20,000 nt of DNA, taken from the IMG/VR virus record IMGVR_UViG_3300021961_010831; one strand, written 5' to 3'. This document shows, piece by piece, positions 15,957-20,000 of the stretch. Under the pieces are notes generated by a model. The model ran no database searches. It was not told where the DNA came from and saw only the letters and a list, made by a program, of their open reading frames with translations. The translations under genes were made by a program, and so were the position numbers. How positions within the stretch are numbered: the first letter of the stretch is position 1; the number at the start of each line of letters is the position of its first letter. Source of the stretch: an uncultured virus (IMG/VR IMGVR_UViG_3300021961_010831). Its lineage: Duplodnaviria > Heunggongvirae > Uroviricota > Caudoviricetes.

Positions 15957-18836
15957 TTATTGCGTCAATGTCAAGGTTACAGTGTATCCTCTTGCTTCAC
16001 CATCGGGAGATTGACCTCCACTTTGTAAGTCAACATTCAATGTATAACCCTGTGTAACCGAAATTGGAGTAGTTGGTGAAAACGAATAATTCCTTGAATT
16101 TCCAGGATGTGTATAATCTGCAGAAGAAACAACTGAATAGTTAGTATCTCTCATTTGAATTGTAAACTCTGCGTTATCAACCGAGTAAGTGGATCCATAG
16201 GATGTTTCCACGCCAATAATACTCCAACCATCGAGATCGGTTGGAACTACGACAAACGAATCTTTCAAACTATTGTTTGCAACATATTCATCATAAAGTC
16301 TTGTTGCTGGAATAACACAAATTGCAATTCCTTCATATGGGTTTCCAATTGATTCACCACTTGTTCCTGAAGAACCACTTGAACCTGAAGTACCTGAAGA
16401 ACCACTTGAACCTGAAGTACCTGAAGAACCACTAGTACCTGAAGAACCACTTGTACCTGGATTTCCTGAAGAACCACTAGTTCCACTTGAACCTGAAGAA
16501 CCACTTGTACCTGGATTTCCTGAAGAACCACTAGTACCTGAAGAACCACTTGTACCTGGATTTCCTGAAGAACCACTAGTACCTGAAGAACCACTTGTAC
16601 CTGGATTTCCTGAAGAACCACTAGTTCCACTTGAACCTGAACTTCCGCTAGTTCCTGAGGAACCACTTGTACCACTATTACCCGAAGATCCACTAGTCCC
16701 ACTATTACCAGAAGATCCACTAGTCCCACTAGAACCACTAGAACCACTTGTACCACTATTACCCGAAGATCCACTAGTCCCACTATTACCCGAAGAACCA
16801 GAAGTACCTGATGTTCCTGAGGAACCACTTGTACCATTATTACCTGAAGAACCTGAGGTTCCACTAGAACCCGATGTACCATTTATTCCTGAAGAACCTG
16901 AAGTTCCACTAGATCCACTTGTACCATTATTACCAGAAGAACCTGAAGTTCCAGATGAACCACTTGTTCCTGAATTACCTGAAGAACCTGAAGTTCCAGA
17001 TGAACCACTTGTTCCTGAATTACCTGAAGAACCTGAGGTTCCACTAGAACCCGATGTACCATTTATTCCTGAAGAACCTGAAGTTCCACTACTTCCACTT
17101 GTTCCTGAATTACCTGAAGTTCCTGATGTACCACTTGAACCTGAAGTTCCTGAAGAACCATTTGTACCTGAAGTTCCTGAGGATCCACTTGAACCATTTG
17201 TTCCTGATGTACCGGAACTTCCACTTGAACCTGACGTTCCATTAATACCACTAGAACCTGAAGTTCCTGAAGAACCACTAGTTCCATTAGAACCAGACGT
17301 TCCTGAAGATCCACTTGTACCTGAAGATCCTGAGGTGCCTGAACTACCACTAGTCCCATTAGTACCAGATGTGCCTGAAGATCCACTTGAACCTGACGTT
17401 CCATTAATACCACTAGAACCAGAAGTTCCTGATGTCCCTGAAGACCCTGATGTACCTGAAGTTCCATTAGATCCTGAAGTTCCTGAAGAACCAGATGTTC
17501 CAGATGATCCACTTGTTCCACTTGTCCCTGAAGAACCAGAACTACCATTTGTACCTGAAGATCCTGAGGTACCTGAAGATCCTGAACTACCTGAGGAAGC
17601 ACTAGTTCCACTAGATCCTGAAGTTCCTGATGTACCCGAAGACCCACTAGTCCCTGAGGAACCAGATGTTCCTGAAGAACCTGATGTTCCATTTGTTCCA
17701 CTTGTTCCTGAAGATCCTGAACTTCCACTTGTTCCTGAAGAACCTGAACTACCTGAAGAAGCACTAGTCCCTGAGGAACCAGATGTTCCTGATGTACCCG
17801 AAGACCCACTAGTCCCTGAGGAACCAGATGTTCCTGAGGAACCAGATGTTCCTGAAGAACCTGATGTTCCATTTGTTCCACTTGTTCCTGAAGATCCTGA
17901 ACTTCCACTTGTTCCTGAAGAACCTGAACTTCCACTTGTTCCTGAAGAACCTGAACTACCTGAAGAAGCACTAGTACCACTAGATCCGGAAGTTCCCGAT
18001 GTGCCCGAAGACCCGCTAGTTCCTGAAGAACCAGAAGAACCACTCGATCCTGATGTTCCTGAAGAACCAGAAGTACCGTTAGTTCCACTTGTTCCTGAAG
18101 AACCTGAAGAACCAGAAGTACCGTTAGTTCCACTTGTACCTGAAGAACCTGAAGATCCTGACGTACCAGAAGTTCCTGAAGAACCTGAAGTACCTGAAGA
18201 ACCTGAAGACCCACTAGTACCTGAAGAGGCACTAGTTCCGCTTGATCCTGATGTCCCTGAAGATCCAGAAGAACCACTAGTTCCACTTGTACCTGAAGTA
18301 CCAGAAGAACCACTAGTTCCACTTGTACCTGAAGTACCAGAAGAACCACTCGATCCAGAGGTACCACTTGTACCCGAAGATCCACTAGATCCACTAGATC
18401 CATTAGTTCCACTTGTTCCTGAAGATCCTGAACTACCACTTGTACCTGAAGATCCTGAACTACCGCTTGTACCCGAAGATCCTGAACTACCACTAGTACC
18501 TGAAGATCCTGAACTACCACTAGTACCTGATTCAGCAATGATTGACCAATCAGTATTCAACGGAGGTGGTAATTGACCCGCAGGTATATTTTGTTCGGCA
18601 ATATATGATGTATAATCATAATAAACTGTATCATTTTTGAAATAACTAACGTCGGGTAACCACCCACCTTTCCAATCAAAACCATAACCTGAACTACCAC
18701 TAGTACCAGACGTACCAGCGATGTCTGTAGTTAATACCTTATACGTATTGGTTTCAGTTGAATCATTTAGAATTAACCAAGTACCTGTGGTACTTCCTGA
18801 ATAATTTGGTAATTGTGATATTTTTTGGTTTGCCAT
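15957..18836 (-). CDS. Gly-X-Y (collagen-like, Ser/Thr-rich) fibre protein with a small Trp/Tyr-rich N-terminal module and globular C-terminal domain
   Basis: MANQKISQLP N-terminus; FDWKGGW...YFKNDTVYY...SYIA resembles small carbohydrate-binding (CBM5/12-like) modules; Gly at every third residue from aa 104 to 827; about 130-aa beta-rich C-terminal domain. Confidence 0.8.
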   Translation of the reverse strand: MANQKISQLPNYSGSTTGTWLILNDSTETNTYKVLTTDIAGTSGTSGSSGYGFDWKGGWLPDVSYFKNDTVYYDYTSYIAEQNIPAGQLPPPLNTDWSIIAESGTSGSSGSSGTSGSSGSSGTSGSSGSSGTSGSSGSSGTSGTNGSSGSSGSSGTSGTSGSSGSSGTSGTSGTSGSSGTSGTSGTSGSSGSSGTSGSSGTSASSGTSGSSGSSGTSGSSGTSGTSGSSGSSGTSGTNGTSGSSGSSGTSGTNGTSGSSGTSGSSGSSGSSGTSGSSGTSGTSGSSGTSASSGSSGSSGTSGSSGSSGTSGSSGSSGTSGTNGTSGSSGTSGSSGTSGSSGTSGSSGTSGTSGSSGTSASSGSSGSSGTSGSSGSSGTSGTNGTSGSSGTSGSSGTSGSSGTSGTSGSSGTSASSGSSGSSGTSGSSGTNGSSGSSGTSGTSGSSGTSGSSGTSGSNGTSGTSGSSGTSGTSGSSGINGTSGSSGSSGTSGTNGTSGSSGTSGSSGTSGSSGTSGSNGTSGSSGTSGSSGINGTSGSSGSSGTSGTNGSSGSSGTSGTNGSSGTSGSSGTSGTSGNSGTSGSSGTSGSSGINGTSGSSGTSGSSGNSGTSGSSGTSGSSGNSGTSGSSGTSGSSGNNGTSGSSGTSGSSGINGTSGSSGTSGSSGNNGTSGSSGTSGTSGSSGNSGTSGSSGNSGTSGSSGSSGTSGSSGNSGTSGSSGNSGTSGSSGTSGSSGSSGTSGSSGNPGTSGSSGTSGSSGNPGTSGSSGTSGSSGNPGTSGSSGSSGTSGSSGNPGTSGSSGTSGSSGTSGSSGSSGTSGSSGSSGTSGESIGNPYEGIAICVIPATRLYDEYVANNSLKDSFVVVPTDLDGWSIIGVETSYGSTYSVDNAEFTIQMRDTNYSVVSSADYTHPGNSRNYSFSPTTPISVTQGYTLNVDLQSGGQSPDGEARGYTVTLTLTQ
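16356..18527 (-). repeat. About 2.17-kb tract of 9-bp codon-triplet repeats (GTS/GSS/GTN/GIN/GNS/GNP)
   Basis: Continuous 9-nt periodicity with higher-order units, e.g. a 27-bp unit repeated about 4 times near 18421-18527 and an identical 98-bp duplication at 17653-17750 / 17833-17930. Confidence 0.95.
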
Positions 18837-18851
18837 TGCAATAAATGTGTT

Positions 18852-19178
18852 TTAATATTGGTATTCTATACCATTGTTATTTTGTGCCGTCATAATATTT
18901 CCATTTTCATATAAGATGAAATATTCAATAACCTCTGGTGTCGGTTGGATATCACATCCTTCTGGCCATAATGTGTAGTCAATTTCTTGATACGAAGATG
19001 ATGGGAATGCTGTACTAAAAGATCCAACCAAATACCATATTTCTCTTGTCTCTCCAGGTCTGATCGAATAGTTCTGTACAACATATTCATCCGAACATCT
19101 ACTATAGTTGATAACCAACGTTTTTATTGGCATCAAATTTTTTATACCTACTCTTCTACAAACACAAGCTGTGGACAT
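18852..19178 (-). CDS. Hypothetical protein (108 aa), possible virion accessory protein
   Basis: First gene after the capsid terminator; preceded by TATTTAT; 4 Cys; C-terminal ILYENGNIMTAQNNNGIEY. Confidence 0.7.
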   Translation of the reverse strand: MSTACVCRRVGIKNLMPIKTLVINYSRCSDEYVVQNYSIRPGETREIWYLVGSFSTAFPSSSYQEIDYTLWPEGCDIQPTPEVIEYFILYENGNIMTAQNNNGIEYQY

Positions 19179-19192
19179 TATTTACTTTTTCA

Positions 19193-19199
19193 ATAAATA
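19193..19199 (-). promoter_or_regulatory. Candidate late-promoter motif TATTTAT
   Basis: ATAAATA on + (TATTTAT on -), between the capsid terminator and ATG 19178, 14 nt upstream of the start. Confidence 0.5.
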
Positions 19200-19205
19200 T
19201 CCATT

Positions 19206-19238
19206 AAAATAAAAAGGGAGGGTTATTTACCCTCCCTT
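19206..19238 (-). terminator. Rho-independent terminator of the major capsid gene
   Basis: Perfect 10-bp stem AAGGGAGGGT (19214-19223) / ACCCTCCCTT (19229-19238) with a 5-nt loop, followed on the - strand by TTTATTTT; about 20 nt after the capsid stop. Confidence 0.9.
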
Positions 19239-19257
19239 CCTTATAAAATTGAGATTA

Positions 19258-20000
19258 TTATCTCAATTCATTCAAGTCGAATGTTCTAACACCATCAACT
19301 GTGATACGTCCGTAGAAACGGTTGTTAACCATTTTCTTAGCGTAACGTGTCATGATACCCTTGATAGGAGTAAAGTTGAATGGGTTGTACATAGTTGGAG
19401 TCAACTGAAGAGGTACATATGGAGCGTAGATGTAACCAGTATCCAACAAGCTAGTTCCTTTGTGTCCGATCAACACTTGGTTAGCTGGGAAGTATGGATC
19501 ACGGTAAACTTGGTATCTACCTGCCAATGTTCCAACTCTTTCGATACCCATGTTGTACTGATCCTGTTCAGGAGCCGCGTTAGAAACGTGGAAGTACTCC
19601 AAGTCGTCGAAGATAGCTGATACTTCTGAAGATACAACGATCCAGTTAGCACCACCTCTAAGAGTTGATTTGTGAATTTGAGCTGAAAGTTGGTTGATAG
19701 CTGTGATCAATGTTTGGTTCCAGTCCTTCTGAGTGTAAGGAGTAGTTCCTGAAGAAGCTAATCTCTTCCATCCGTTGTAATCCCAACGTAGATCCCATGC
19801 AGCACCTTTTCTCAAATCTCTTAAGATTTCACGGTCGATTTCAGCCGCCACTTGCTCAGACAATAAAGCTGTTAATTCAGCTTCAGCGTCGATGTTGTGG
19901 AATGCTGCAACGTCTTGTGCTAATTCAGGAGACCATTGAGCTCTAAGTTTTCTTTCTGTAACTGAAACAGTAACTGAATCAAGGTCGAAAGAAACTTCAC
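19258..20000 (-). CDS. gp23: Major capsid protein, T4 gp23 family (C-terminal part; gene enters from the right edge)
   Basis: Frame is open to the window edge: EVSFDLDSVTVSVTERKLRAQWSPELAQDVAAFHNIDAEAELTALLSEQVAAEIDREI..., then RGGANWIVVS, GTLAGRYQVYRDPY, GYIYAPYVPL, FTPIKGIMTRYA; tandem TAA TAA stops. Confidence 0.97.
   Translation of the reverse strand, partial: EVSFDLDSVTVSVTERKLRAQWSPELAQDVAAFHNIDAEAELTALLSEQVAAEIDREILRDLRKGAAWDLRWDYNGWKRLASSGTTPYTQKDWNQTLITAINQLSAQIHKSTLRGGANWIVVSSEVSAIFDDLEYFHVSNAAPEQDQYNMGIERVGTLAGRYQVYRDPYFPANQVLIGHKGTSLLDTGYIYAPYVPLQLTPTMYNPFNFTPIKGIMTRYAKKMVNNRFYGRITVDGVRTFDLNELR

Noticed and set aside
16265..16882. 205-aa Val/Leu/Gln ORF on the - strand
   Set aside because: Alternative frame of the same repeat tract.
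16820..18410. Many N-G-S/T sequons in the fibre repeat as N-glycosylation signals
   Set aside because: Any Asn at the Y position is automatically followed by G-S/T, so the sequons carry no independent information.
16356..18527. Possible CRISPR array or non-coding satellite
   Set aside because: No constant repeat with unique spacers; variation is mostly at synonymous positions, as expected for a coding repeat.
17335..18576. 413-aa + strand ORF (PEVPEEP...) and 491-aa - strand ORF 17063-18538 (VLQVLQE...)
   Set aside because: Shadow frames of the Gly-Ser-Thr repeat, which lacks stops in other frames; they have no unique flanking domains, unlike the 959-aa frame.
19249..19620. 123-aa + strand ORF opposite the capsid gene
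   Set aside because: Antisense shadow of a strongly codon-biased gene.
1..20000. tRNA, rRNA, intron, intein, integrase or transposase
   Set aside because: Intergenic gaps are all under about 80 nt with no cloverleaf seen, and no ORF shows such motifs or interruptions.

Overview
AT-rich, gene-dense fragment of a large T4-like (gp23-type capsid) tailed phage, probably a jumbo myovirus. One exact Bacteroidota-type promoter and A-rich starts without Shine-Dalgarno sites suggest a Bacteroidota host (inference). The + strand block 1-7260 is one tightly coupled gene run: GDP-mannose 3,5-epimerase-like enzyme, cupin, split heptose nucleotidyltransferase and kinase (HldC/HldA-like), PhoH, a HAD-fold protein, two glycosyltransferases and a gp55-like sigma factor. 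The + strand block 7287-13292 holds probable late/structural genes, including a gp5/gpV-like OB-fold spike with an HxH tip. The - strand block from 20000 down to about 13728 starts with the 3' part of the major capsid gene and its terminator, then several probable virion proteins: a 959-aa protein with about 242 consecutive Gly-X-Y triplets made mostly of Ser/Thr, and Cys-rich proteins with Pro/Thr or poly-Thr linkers. A TATTTAT(A) motif precedes several probable late genes. Best candidate system: a phage-encoded NDP-heptose/L-sugar plus glycosyltransferase pathway close to extremely Ser/Thr-rich virion proteins, i.e. possible virion glycosylation. All protein calls come from motif recognition by eye; no database search was run.
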